A stretch of 64,000 bases of DNA, taken from the NCBI GenBank assembly GCA_030649135.1, contig JAUSGI010000006.1, positions 1-64,000 on the forward strand, read 5' to 3'. The notes under the pieces were generated by a model. The model worked only from the letters and a program-made list of their open reading frames with translations, ran no database searches and was not told where the DNA came from. A program made the position numbers and the translations under genes. This DNA is from a bacterium. Its GTDB lineage: Bacteria; Patescibacteriota; Minisyncoccia; Phycocordibacterales; Zambryskibacteraceae. Below, piece by piece: positions 28,756 through 38,475 of the stretch (position 1 is its first letter; every line of letters begins with the position of its first letter).

Positions 28756-30072
28756 ATGTCAAAAACTAAAATCCTACAAAAAGACGCCCCCGTGCTCCGA
28801 GAGATAGCTAAACTTGTACCTATCAAAAGTATTGGGTCCAAGAAAATTCAGAACACCCTACGGCGGATGAAGAGAGCGCTCCATGCCGAAGAGGATGGCG
28901 TGGCCATCGCCGCGCCCCAAATAGGAGAGAGCTTGCGCATATTTATAGTAAGCGGTAAAGCGATTGCCTGGTCTAGCAGAACAAAAAGAACAGACGGGCG
29001 CAATGAATTGAAGGACCTGGTGTTTATCAATCCGGAGATAACCAAAATTTCGAAAAAAAAGAAAAAAGTGGAAGAGGGATGTTTATCTGTCCGCTGGCTC
29101 TATGGGCAAGTCAAAAGGAGCGAGAAGATAACTATTCGAGCTTACGATGAAACCGGCAAATCATTTGAGAGAGGGGCATCGGGGCTCTTGGCTCAGATTT
29201 TCCAACACGAGACGGACCACTTAAACGGCATTCTCTTTACCGATAAGGCGGAAAATATTCAAGACATACCACCGGCCAAAAATACCACCGCCTCTGGCGG
29301 GGCCCCGCTAAAAGCGGTGGTCAAGTTTGTCTTTTTCGGCAGTTCGCAATTTTCCGGTTATGTGCTTGAGGAACTGGGATTGATAGGCTTTACCCCAATA
29401 CTCAACATTACTTCGGCAAAAGATCCACTACCAATGGCGGAACTGAAAAAATTTGATGCGGATATGTTTGTGGTAGCGTCTTTCGGTAAAATTTTGCCGA
29501 AAGAACTAATTGAGTTACCTAGATATCACACCCTCAATGTGCACCCTTCGCTTCTGCCAGAACTACGCGGCCCGGCACCCATTCAGAACACTATACTCGG
29601 CAAAGGAGAACCGGGAATAACCATCATCCAAATGGATGAGAAGATGGACCATGGACCGATACTGGCACAAGCCAAAGTGGACATCACACCATGGCCGGAC
29701 CGTTACAGTCTGGTGGAGGAAAAACTCGGTCGAGCCGGCGGCAGAATATTGGGAACATTACTCCCCAAGTGGGTCAACGGTGAAATCAAGGCGACACCAC
29801 AAAACGAGGCCGAATCAAGTTACACCAAATTGATTAAGAAGGGAGACGGCTTATTGAATCTCGATGACACGGCAGAAGAGAATTTGAGAAAAGTCATGGC
29901 GTACAATACCTGGCCCGGGGCTTACATGTTTTTCAAAAATAAAAAAGGGAGGGATATCCGCTTAGTTATCAAGGATGCCAAAGTAGAAAATGAAAAGTTT
30001 ATACCCACCCGTGTTATTCCGGCCGGCAAGAGAGAAATGGACTGGCAAGATTTCTTGCGAGGTAACGCCTAA
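28756..30072 (+). CDS. def-fmt: Fused peptide deformylase / methionyl-tRNA formyltransferase (Def-Fmt)
   Basis: Def motifs GVAIAAPQIG, EGCLSV, QHETDHLNG in residues 1-175; Fmt motifs ...FFGSSQFS..., NVHPSLLPELRGPAPIQNTIL, ...TIIQMDEKMDHGPIL in residues ~195-438; single uninterrupted ORF. Confidence 0.8.
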   Translation: MSKTKILQKDAPVLREIAKLVPIKSIGSKKIQNTLRRMKRALHAEEDGVAIAAPQIGESLRIFIVSGKAIAWSSRTKRTDGRNELKDLVFINPEITKISKKKKKVEEGCLSVRWLYGQVKRSEKITIRAYDETGKSFERGASGLLAQIFQHETDHLNGILFTDKAENIQDIPPAKNTTASGGAPLKAVVKFVFFGSSQFSGYVLEELGLIGFTPILNITSAKDPLPMAELKKFDADMFVVASFGKILPKELIELPRYHTLNVHPSLLPELRGPAPIQNTILGKGEPGITIIQMDEKMDHGPILAQAKVDITPWPDRYSLVEEKLGRAGGRILGTLLPKWVNGEIKATPQNEAESSYTKLIKKGDGLLNLDDTAEENLRKVMAYNTWPGAYMFFKNKKGRDIRLVIKDAKVENEKFIPTRVIPAGKREMDWQDFLRGNA

Positions 30073-30452
30073 CCTTTTTTCTTAAAGAAATTTAAACCTT
30101 TCATGACACTTTTCATCATTTTGGCACCCCTGCGAGTAAGCGTTTCCCGCTTGCCTTTCAATTGAAGCACATTTTGTACTATCTCATCTTTAACAACATC
30201 GATAGCCGCATATAAATCCTCCATTTCCGAAACAGCATACAGGTCGAGACCCACGCCTGTGATATGCACCTCTGCGCGGAAAATATTGCCGGCTTTGTGA
30301 TGACGCGTACTCATACCCACTTCCACTTGAGCGATAACGTCCGGACTATTTTTCTTATCCAAGTACTTCTCGATTGATGAGATTTTTTTATCTACATAGT
30401 TTGAGATGGCCGGGGTAAGTACTATGCCGGTCGCCTTGATGTTTGTCTTCAT
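30069..30452 (-). CDS. hpf: Ribosome hibernation promoting factor (RaiA/HPF family)
   Basis: MKTNIKATGIVLTPAISNYVDKKISSIEKYLD N-terminus and size typical of short HPF. Confidence 0.8.
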   Translation of the reverse strand: MKTNIKATGIVLTPAISNYVDKKISSIEKYLDKKNSPDVIAQVEVGMSTRHHKAGNIFRAEVHITGVGLDLYAVSEMEDLYAAIDVVKDEIVQNVLQLKGKRETLTRRGAKMMKSVMKGLNFFKKKG

Positions 30453-30462
30453 GGGTGAAGAA

Positions 30463-30678
30463 CTACCTATTCTTCAGGCCGTAATAGGCGAGATATCCGG
30501 CAATTACTATGCCCGCATAGCTTACCCACATCGGAATGTCAGAGGACCCGAAAGTAACAGACATGCCGTTAATTATCCTCCAGAGATGCATGACGGCCAC
30601 GACAAGAAAGACCAAACCCACCAGCAAATTAAAAGTTTTCTGGTTCATGATAATTGTGTTATCTTTTAAACCCCTCAA
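30463..30678 (-). CDS. Small two-helix membrane protein
   Basis: Two hydrophobic helices; no family recognised. Confidence 0.35.
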   Translation of the reverse strand: MRGLKDNTIIMNQKTFNLLVGLVFLVVAVMHLWRIINGMSVTFGSSDIPMWVSYAGIVIAGYLAYYGLKNR

Positions 30679-30700
30679 TTATACCCCATTTCCGGTAAGA

Positions 30701-31573
30701 CTAATCGAACAGTTTTATCAGATAAACATCTATCTCGCGCTGGCCAAGGTCATAGAAATATTCTTTATTGACATAAAGCTTCTTCGCCAGTTCCACTCCG
30801 ACAAATCTCCAGTGCCAGGGTTCAAATTTGTAATAGGCATTACCTTCTGGATAAGAAAGTACGAAACCATATTTATAGGCATTATCCAACAACCACTTAT
30901 AAGCGGGGTCTGTCTGGAACTTCGAGGAAGACGTACCCCCCACGGAGGTGGTAGTAAAATCGACGGCAGTACCCAATTGATGTTCGGAATATCCCTGGTC
31001 CGCGGAAAACTGGTTGGCCGTGCCCGCGCCGTAAACTATTTTGTACTCGGACTTGAGAGAGGCTTGAGTGTCGAATGAACGAAAGGCCGAAGCAATAAGT
31101 AAATCAATATCCCTACCGCGCGCAATCTCTACCATGGTTTCAAGATATGGCAGGACTTGGGTATGGATATAGGCGTCGTCTTTATTGAACAAATACTTAT
31201 GGTCTATAGCCGAGAGCTTCGCCGGTCGGTAGTTCTCGCTCAAGAAATAGACTTTGGAATACTTCTTCAGAAGCTCCTCGTCGGTCGTGGCAAGTTTCTC
31301 AAGGGTGCCGACGGTATTGCCGAGTGAAAGAATTTGGGATTGGAATTCGTCGATAGTGGCCTGCTGGGTTCTAGTTTGTAACAAGAGTTCGTAGCCCTTC
31401 TCTCTGGTAGTTTCCAATTCAGACAGGAGAGCCGTTTTTTCTTTCTGCAAAAGGTTGTAACTATAGGCGCCATAACCGACCATACCAATGAGCGCTATGC
31501 CAACCGCCAAGGATATGAGCAATCTTGCCTGCGGAGAGAAACCTTTCAATTTGTCTGGGGTATCCGGATTCAC
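30701..31573 (-). CDS. D-alanyl-D-alanine carboxypeptidase, VanY/M15-family, membrane-anchored
   Basis: SEHQLGTAVDF and EPWHWRFVG zinc-binding motifs of the VanY/M15B family; N-terminal TM helix. Confidence 0.75.
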   Translation of the reverse strand: MNPDTPDKLKGFSPQARLLISLAVGIALIGMVGYGAYSYNLLQKEKTALLSELETTREKGYELLLQTRTQQATIDEFQSQILSLGNTVGTLEKLATTDEELLKKYSKVYFLSENYRPAKLSAIDHKYLFNKDDAYIHTQVLPYLETMVEIARGRDIDLLIASAFRSFDTQASLKSEYKIVYGAGTANQFSADQGYSEHQLGTAVDFTTTSVGGTSSSKFQTDPAYKWLLDNAYKYGFVLSYPEGNAYYKFEPWHWRFVGVELAKKLYVNKEYFYDLGQREIDVYLIKLFD

Positions 31574-31642
31574 TTACTTATTCTAGCATGAGTGCCAACT
31601 CCGTTGGAATTACGCCCTATTTCTGTTATTATTTGGCATTAT

Positions 31643-31714
31643 TCCGCGGTGGCGCAGTGGTAGCGCAGGCGCCTGTTAAGCGCTTGGTCGTAGGTTCGAA
31701 TCCTACCCGCGGAG
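31643..31714 (+). tRNA. tRNA-Asn (GTT)
   Basis: TCCGCGGTGGCGCAGTGGTAGCGCAGGCGCCTGTTAAGCGCTTGGTCGTAGGTTCGAATCCTACCCGCGGAG cloverleaf, anticodon loop CTGTTAA. Confidence 0.85.
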
Positions 31715-33409
31715 CAAGGTTGAACGCACAGGCACGAAATCTTCATTTAAGATTGAAGTGTCTATAATATTTTCAGGTTCGAACCGAGGGTATTTTGTTT
31801 TGGCTGTAAGTAGGCCATTCATAATCACTCCATAGAGATTTGTGTTGTGAACATTTGGCTTTTTATCTTTAATTGTTAGGTTCGAACCTATCTCCGCGAA
31901 TGCCTCTTTTTTCTCCTCCGGGCCTCCATTCTTGAATATTTCCTCGATACCGATAGCCAGATTAAACGCCTTATATGCCTTTTGGAGCCCACTTTGGTCC
32001 ACATGCTCTAGTTTACCTAACTCTCGCTTCCAAGCCTCAATTTCGCCCCTTAAGGTCTCTTTAATCCCCATGAACTCGTCGTCAGTCAGTTGTCCTCGCA
32101 CCCTCATAAGCGCCAGCTCCTTCTGTTCATGTTGTTTCTGGTCTAATGTTTTTCGGAGAGACGTTTTTCTTTCAAACTCATTTTGCTTGTCATCCTTCTC
32201 AAGAGCAGTGATGTTTTCAATACACCAATCGCTCAGTGCTTTTGATATTTTTAGCTTACTTCCGTAGTAATCAGCAAGGTATTTATCGATCGCAACTTCT
32301 TCAACACACTTTTCTTTGCAGTTTGGATTTTTCTTTCTAGTGCAGTGATAGTAAATGTAGTGTAGGTATAATGGGGTTTCTATATCTGTAATAAGTACGC
32401 TACATTTCGGACATTTTTCTTTGTCTCGGTAAGAGAACTTTAACTTGCAATCACAGATCACTTGATATTTATGTTCAGCCGTAACACCTCCGCCACAACC
32501 TCCACATCTTGTTGTCGGATCTTTATATGGAAACATTTCTAGATTTACAGACGGTCTCTGTCTGCCTTTGTTACCCATAATCTTCTGTATGTGCCAATAA
32601 TTCTCATCTGTGATCATTCGGGGAATACTCTCGTGTAGTTTGTGTCTCTCTCCATCCTTAGTGAAGAAGAACCCAGCATAGACAGGATTTTTTAGGATTG
32701 TGCCTGCTATGTATGAGAGAACGAGTTTTTTCCCGCCCTGTCTTTTTCTTAATGGGGTGCGAAGACCCATCTCCTCATTTGCAATTCTTAAGAGTTTTCT
32801 AAATGAGTACCGGCCGGTCAGATAGAGTTCGAGCAACTGCTTTATGAGTGGAAAACGATCTTTATCCACTAACCAACCCCTATTACCTCGCTCTTTGGAG
32901 AGATCATTTATAAAACCTATAGTAGCAACGCCGTTAGGATAGCCCTTGTCTGCCCGCTCTCGTATACCTCTCTTTGTGTCAGTGCTTAGGTCGCGCACAT
33001 ATTGATTGGCCATACCAAGCTCAACAGACATGATGAGTACATTGTCGTCCGGGTAGTAGCTACGCCCGTAAGTTTGAATATGCTTTACTACGCTCTGTTG
33101 AAGCATCCAACTGATAGTGCCACCGTCCACAGGATTTCTTGCTAGACGATTTATTTTCCAAACAATTATCCCGTCTGCTTCACCTTTATTAAGTCGACTA
33201 ATCATATTTGTGAACACAGGTCTTCCGGGTGCCTTAGCCGACATTGATTCTTGAAGTATTTCAACAATCTCAAGTCCGTTCTCCGTTGCTAGTTCTTTGA
33301 GAACTTTTATCTGGTCTGGTATTGATTGCACTTGTCGATCCTCTGCATCACTCGACTTTCTCACATACATGAAGTACTTAAGTTTTCTGTCGTGTGTTTT
33401 ATTTATCAT
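31703..33409 (-). mobile_element. Large serine recombinase (integrase) of a tRNA-Asn-associated integrative element; its 3' end overlaps the tRNA 3' end
   Basis: N-terminal resolvase catalytic domain YVRKSSDAEDRQ...SIPDQ, recombinase domain, Cys-rich zinc ribbon and long coiled coil. Confidence 0.85.
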
Positions 33410-35546
33410 CTAATTTTCTGTTTACCCCAATAACAACATTACCGCTAGGTTCTGACAAGTCCAGCCCTTGTTTTTCGGCCACAACGCCTTGCCGGTCATA
33501 TTCTCGAACATGATGCCCTACCACATCCAAGTCAACTTTTGTTTTAGAGAGAGTATTTTCCCGCTCCGGCTCTGCCAAAATCAGCGAATCTTGGGAACAA
33601 GAGATGATGTTTGAAGAATCAGGGTTTTCTGTCGATTTCGTTTCTCGTTTTTCTCGTCCCGTATATATATGGGGAACAAGAGAACAAGAATAGAGATAGG
33701 GGTCGTTGCGCTTTCCAGCACCTGTACGTTGCACCGACCCTTTGGTAACTAAATCCCGTAACGCCTTACGCTTTAGTCCCGTGCGACCCTCGACCTCGTT
33801 TTCGATGGCCTTTTCGATAGATGACTCCTCTTGCTCGGATAGAAAAGTGAGAATCTCATCCGCAACACGCTGTATATCGTCATCTTCCTTCGTACCACCG
33901 AGAGACGTTGTCTGGGTTGTCTCATCGAATAGCAACACCGTCGACTCCGTATCTGTGCCGTAGCGTTGTTGGGTCTCGATGGTCCGTTTACCCTCGGTTC
34001 TTTTGAGAATAATCGCTGTATCGACAGAGCCAAATATTGCTGTCGAGCCAAGAACAGAATCGCCACCGCTCCTGTCACCTTTGCCCGCATGATGCACAAC
34101 CATCACATGCGCTCCATGCTCTCTGGCAAGCGTAAGCAATGGCGAGAGTGCTGCAGTCACTTCTGCGTAGTCGTTGCCATTTCTAATCGAGACGAAGCGA
34201 AATAATGTATCGATAATAACGAGCACAGGCTTGCGGGCGACAATTTCTTTCTCAAGCCATCTAGATGCTTCTTGAGGAACTGAACCAATATATGTGTACA
34301 AATCTTCACTACCTGTCGCTCCGAGCAACTTGAAGTGATTTTTAACCTCGCTTCGTTTTTCCTCAAGCGAAACATACAGGACAGCACCTTTTGTCGTTTG
34401 GCGACCAAGAAATATCTCGCCCTGCGCGACATAGAGTGCTAACTGCCTCGCGAGCGTTGACTTACCGACCTTTGGTTTCGCGACTATCATGGAAAATCCG
34501 CTTGTAGGAAGTAACCCATCAACGATCCAGCTTGTCTCTTCATCCGGCTCGTTCAGAAGTGTGCCAAGAGAGGTGAAGCCGAATTTTTCACGAACGACTT
34601 CTGCCGATTCTACAGCTGTTTTTACCGCAGAAGGACCCCGAAGTATATATAGGTCATTGAAATCAGTTGTAGTCCCTCCGTTGATTGTTTCACCATCCTC
34701 AAATTTCGGAATCGCTAATCGTGCGCCAATATTTGCCGCCTCTCTCGCTTTCAAGAGTCCGTTAGTATCAGCATCGGCACAGATAATTATTTCTGCATTT
34801 GGAAATTTCTTCCGCATTTCCTCAGCCGTTGCTCTTAGATTCGTGGAAGAAAATGAGATTGCTGTGGCATACCCTGTGGCCTCAAACACACTCGCGCCGG
34901 TGGCAAATCCTTCCACGATGCACAGTCGTTCCATTGGCACTCCTATGAGAAAGAAGCACTTTGCTGTTATAGCTTCACTCAGGAATTGTTTACCTCCATC
35001 AGCATCAATGAACTGTATAGACGAGAGAAAGCCGTTACCAGTGTAGAGCGGTAGTACCAGCTTGTTTCTCTTAAAACGAACTCCGTGTGGTAAAACTTGT
35101 TTCTTTTTGAGATATGGGAAGTCGACGGGTGCTTCGCTTGCAGCCTCCCAAATTTCTTGAGCATTTAGGGCGCCTGTGTGTTTTTCACTTCTTTGCGAAT
35201 CCTGTTTCTCCATAGCTGGCCGATGATAAATACCGTCTCCAAGATGTCGTGCAAACATAGTGAAATTTCCCTTTGCGTCGCACTTCTTGCAGTGGTATAA
35301 ACCTGTTTCGGAGGCAATGTATAGATGCGCCTCGTTGCCTTTGCTATCTCTGTCACAATCACCGAATATACAGTGGGTGATAAGTTCACCGTTCACTTCG
35401 CGAAATGGTATGTTTTTATTAGAGAGATACTCACGAACGGCGAGATATTCGTTTATTGCGTTGTTTTTCATGTACAGTCGGAGTTTCTTATTGAAATCCT
35501 GGTGTCCGACTGTACGTTCTTTCACCAGAACTTCAATAAAAAACAA
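33399..35546 (-). CDS. Bifunctional primase (zinc-finger + Toprim) / P-loop helicase (AAA_25/RepA-like), replication protein of the element
   Basis: CHC2-like HCIFGDCD...HCKKCDAKG zinc finger, Toprim CIVEGFATGASV...ICADADTNG, Walker A VAKPKVGKST and Walker B VLVIIDTL; 11-nt overlap with the recombinase gene. Confidence 0.75.
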   Translation of the reverse strand: MFFIEVLVKERTVGHQDFNKKLRLYMKNNAINEYLAVREYLSNKNIPFREVNGELITHCIFGDCDRDSKGNEAHLYIASETGLYHCKKCDAKGNFTMFARHLGDGIYHRPAMEKQDSQRSEKHTGALNAQEIWEAASEAPVDFPYLKKKQVLPHGVRFKRNKLVLPLYTGNGFLSSIQFIDADGGKQFLSEAITAKCFFLIGVPMERLCIVEGFATGASVFEATGYATAISFSSTNLRATAEEMRKKFPNAEIIICADADTNGLLKAREAANIGARLAIPKFEDGETINGGTTTDFNDLYILRGPSAVKTAVESAEVVREKFGFTSLGTLLNEPDEETSWIVDGLLPTSGFSMIVAKPKVGKSTLARQLALYVAQGEIFLGRQTTKGAVLYVSLEEKRSEVKNHFKLLGATGSEDLYTYIGSVPQEASRWLEKEIVARKPVLVIIDTLFRFVSIRNGNDYAEVTAALSPLLTLAREHGAHVMVVHHAGKGDRSGGDSVLGSTAIFGSVDTAIILKRTEGKRTIETQQRYGTDTESTVLLFDETTQTTSLGGTKEDDDIQRVADEILTFLSEQEESSIEKAIENEVEGRTGLKRKALRDLVTKGSVQRTGAGKRNDPYLYSCSLVPHIYTGREKRETKSTENPDSSNIISCSQDSLILAEPERENTLSKTKVDLDVVGHHVREYDRQGVVAEKQGLDLSEPSGNVVIGVNRKLDDK

Positions 35547-36027
35547 AGAATTAATTTATAATTGGTTTGACTATTGAACGTCTTTCCTCTGCCCGGGCAA
35601 GAGCAACACTAGCCAGTCGAGCAAGTCTCAACAGAGATACACCAAAAACCTGAGTTTCATCTTCACTCATTTGTTTTCCGTAATCTTTATAGAGAATAAG
35701 CCGAAGCTTCTCTATGGCTTGAGGTGAAAGAGTTACCATGCCGCGATCTCGTGGCTGTAGTGTGCGGTAACTTAAAAGGCTGCCACCGCATCCCACAACG
35801 TGAGATGAAATGGCAGCCCCTCAACTTTGCCTGCCCAGCGGGGTCCCACCCCCGATTTACTATCCTCGGGCTTATCCGGGGATACCTTGATACACCCCAC
35901 ATTGGCATGTATCAAGAGGTACGCTAACTTACTCAGTATAACAAAGTTTTGCTGATAAGTATGTGTAGATATCCACAGTAATAATGCTAGACAGAAAAAA
36001 GTTTGATACAATGTAATTGCTCTCGTG

Positions 36028-36583
36028 CATTAAGGGTGCATGAGCAAGGTCAGAAATGATAGCAACCGGCACTCAATTCAGATATGGCCTAAGTACCTAC
36101 GATAAACAAGTTTGAAGGAACCATCGTTTTGACTGGTACTTAGGTAGGGAGGAGGGTAAAACCAACTCCAAACCTTAGTCCCTTAAACTTTGGTTTGGGT
36201 GTCAGGCTGAAAAGTCTTACTCCTGAACTGAGTGCCGGTCATAGTGATGGTTCCTTTTGCTTATCCGTGGTCTAAAGGCAATAGGCTATGAAAAAGCTGG
36301 CTAGGCACATTTAACCCCACTGCCATTAACAACGGCACAATTTGGGGGCTGACAAATCTTGGGGCGTGGAACTTCTTCGCTCTACAGCATGTTGTCAGAC
36401 AGCAGCAGGCAACGATCAACGTACTGACCGCAAGGTTGGCACAGTTGGAAAATCGTCTCCCTGCTCCCGCACAGGCATCGCGGCCTCTATTGCCTAATAC
36501 GAATAATCGCCGTCTACCGTAAGGTAAACAGCGATTACTCTGGATTAAAGCAGGTGTCCCGAAAGGGACGCTTGCTTTTTATT
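36028..36583 (+). ncRNA. Candidate large structured non-coding RNA (unclassified) within a ~1.1 kb ORF-free region (35560-36640)
   Basis: No credible ORF; nested long-range helices (36066-36081 with 36224-36239; 36088-36097 with 36135-36144; inner 36099-36103 with 36123-36127), many local hairpins, putative promoter TAGACA-N18-TGTAAT around 35987-36020, strong intrinsic terminator at the 3' end. Confidence 0.3.
36549..36583 (+). terminator. Rho-independent terminator with GAAA-capped stem (possibly bidirectional)
   Basis: agcaggtgtccc-gaaa-gggacgcttgct followed by tttttatt. Confidence 0.6.
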
Positions 36584-36638
36584 ATACCCCCGCCAGTAAC
36601 GGCGAGAGCAACCAATTTACCCTACCTGTGTATAACTA

Positions 36639-37157
36639 TCAAGCTGTGCCTGATTCTGGCTCATATTCATACTGTTTGCGTACCTCCCGCATACTAACGG
36701 GGCGATAGTTCTCCGCATCTTCTATCATGCTGATTCTCGGCATTATTGCCATGTTTTCTGGTATGGACGTGTCAAACTCTTCACGACGCTTCCTTGCCAG
36801 ATACCACATAGCTACCTTTGGGTCCGTTTCTAGCCGGTCCACAATGGTCTTTCTAGCTCTTAGTACAGGCATTTGTCTAAGAGCCTCAATTATATGGGAA
36901 AACTCCGGATGCTTCTCTACGAAATACTTATACTGATCTATTGAAATACCTGCTGAAAAGCACGCTTCTTTGATAGTTGCATCGTATTTGAAGGCGGTGA
37001 TTAAGCGGAGGACTTTTCCCTGATCACGATACCAGGCGTTGGCTGAGTTTTCGACCCGCAAAATGCCAAAAGCTCTGTCTTTAATGGTGTACGCGTACTG
37101 ATCTAACTTAGTTACTTCTAATACTTGATGGGTAGTGATTTGGTTTTGGTCTGTCAT
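36639..37157 (-). CDS. Hypothetical protein with a putative HTH
   Basis: ...TIKEACFSAGISIDQYKYFVEKHPEF... HTH-like segment; no firm family. Confidence 0.4.
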   Translation of the reverse strand: MTDQNQITTHQVLEVTKLDQYAYTIKDRAFGILRVENSANAWYRDQGKVLRLITAFKYDATIKEACFSAGISIDQYKYFVEKHPEFSHIIEALRQMPVLRARKTIVDRLETDPKVAMWYLARKRREEFDTSIPENMAIMPRISMIEDAENYRPVSMREVRKQYEYEPESGTA

Positions 37158-37197
37158 TCAAGCATTATATCTCAACTTCTATAGCCAGAGAACTATC

Positions 37198-38019
37198 TTA
37201 ATACCAACAGAACTCAGCTTTTTCTCCTATCTGATCTTCAACGTACTTCGTAGCAGTCGTGATATCTCCAATCTCATCAATCAGTCCAGACTTCAAAGCG
37301 TCCTCGCCTATATAGGTTAATCCATTAGCCAGACTCTCAACAGCCTTTAATTCAAGGCCTCTGTTCGTTGCCACATCCTTGACAAAAACATTGTGAGCCT
37401 TGCGGACGTCAGATAATAGAATCTCCTTTTCTTCCTGTGTTAATGGTTTGTTTGGATCACCAGTATCCTTATATTTAGCAGAAGAGAGTTCTACGAATGT
37501 GTAACCGTCCTTTGCGTTTTTATTGGATTCATTTAGATAAGAAGCTGTTACCCCAATACCTCCCACATCAGAGATTTTAGAAGCGTATATTTTATCCGCA
37601 CCGGTAGCCGCCCAGTAGGCAGCCGAAGCTCCAATACCTCGTATGACAGCCACGCTTGGTTTATCAAGACTTTTTAATGCTCGCGCTATTTCCTCTCCAG
37701 CTACTCCATCACCTCCGGGTGAGTCAATCGACAACATCACTGCTTTGATATCTGGATCATTTTGAGCACGTAGTATCCCATACACGATATCTTCTGACGA
37801 GGAAACATCCACTTCCTGTCCCTCTGGCTGGCTTGGTAAGTATGTACTCAAGTACCCTTTGATTGAGAATGCCAAGACATTACAGTCATCCTGTTGTAAT
37901 GAGTCAGTGATAGTAGTCTCTTCAGAAAAGTATGATCCTGCAAGAAAAGCCAGCACTCCAATAACTACAGCTAGTATGAGTACTTTCTTCTTGCTGATCT
38001 TTTTCTCCTCGTTCATATT
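37198..38019 (-). CDS. Signal peptide peptidase SppA-like serine protease (S49 family), membrane-anchored
   Basis: ...SIDSPGGDGVAGEEI... and ...GIGASAAYWAA... S49 motifs; TM anchor; start taken at MNEEKK (the ORF could extend to 38094). Confidence 0.65.
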   Translation of the reverse strand, partial: NMNEEKKISKKKVLILAVVIGVLAFLAGSYFSEETTITDSLQQDDCNVLAFSIKGYLSTYLPSQPEGQEVDVSSSEDIVYGILRAQNDPDIKAVMLSIDSPGGDGVAGEEIARALKSLDKPSVAVIRGIGASAAYWAATGADKIYASKISDVGGIGVTASYLNESNKNAKDGYTFVELSSAKYKDTGDPNKPLTQEEKEILLSDVRKAHNVFVKDVATNRGLELKAVESLANGLTYIGEDALKSGLIDEIGDITTATKYVEDQIGEKAEFCWY

Positions 38020-38032
38020 CAAGATTATAGCT

Positions 38033-38473
38033 CTATTTCTTAATATATTCCCTATTCCTTTCCTTATGTCTTTCAATGATTCTCTGTGGATCAAAGGCTT
38101 TGCTTAATGGCATTGATGTTTCGAATTGAAAACTATTTTTAATGGCAGTCATAAGCTCCGGCCATTCCGGTATATATTCGCTATCAATCTCCTCATCAAT
38201 AGCTTCAGATATTTTACGTATTATTTCATCTTCATATATAGAGGTGTAATCATCTGTATCCATAAGATCACTAAGAGCGTCATCGTGGTACCTCTTAAGA
38301 AGAGCTAAATTAAGTTCCTCTGCTTTTTTTAGATTTTCCATATCAGCATCCAATGCTAGTCTCAGAATCACATTGCTCTTAAAGCTTTGGTATTTAGATA
38401 ATCTGTCAATCGTTCTAAGGAGTCTAAACCAGAGGATGAATAATACGGCAAGTAGTATATAGATTAATGTCAT
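38033..38473 (-). CDS. Hypothetical membrane-anchored acidic protein
   Basis: N-terminal TM helix, acidic C-terminal region. Confidence 0.4.
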   Translation of the reverse strand: MTLIYILLAVLFILWFRLLRTIDRLSKYQSFKSNVILRLALDADMENLKKAEELNLALLKRYHDDALSDLMDTDDYTSIYEDEIIRKISEAIDEEIDSEYIPEWPELMTAIKNSFQFETSMPLSKAFDPQRIIERHKERNREYIKK

Positions 38474-38475
38474 AA

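Noticed and set aside
35551-36011. Four mutually overlapping 60-80 aa ORFs on both strands
   Set aside because: Incompatible overlaps and no coding periodicity. The region is better explained as structured non-coding DNA or RNA (see finding).
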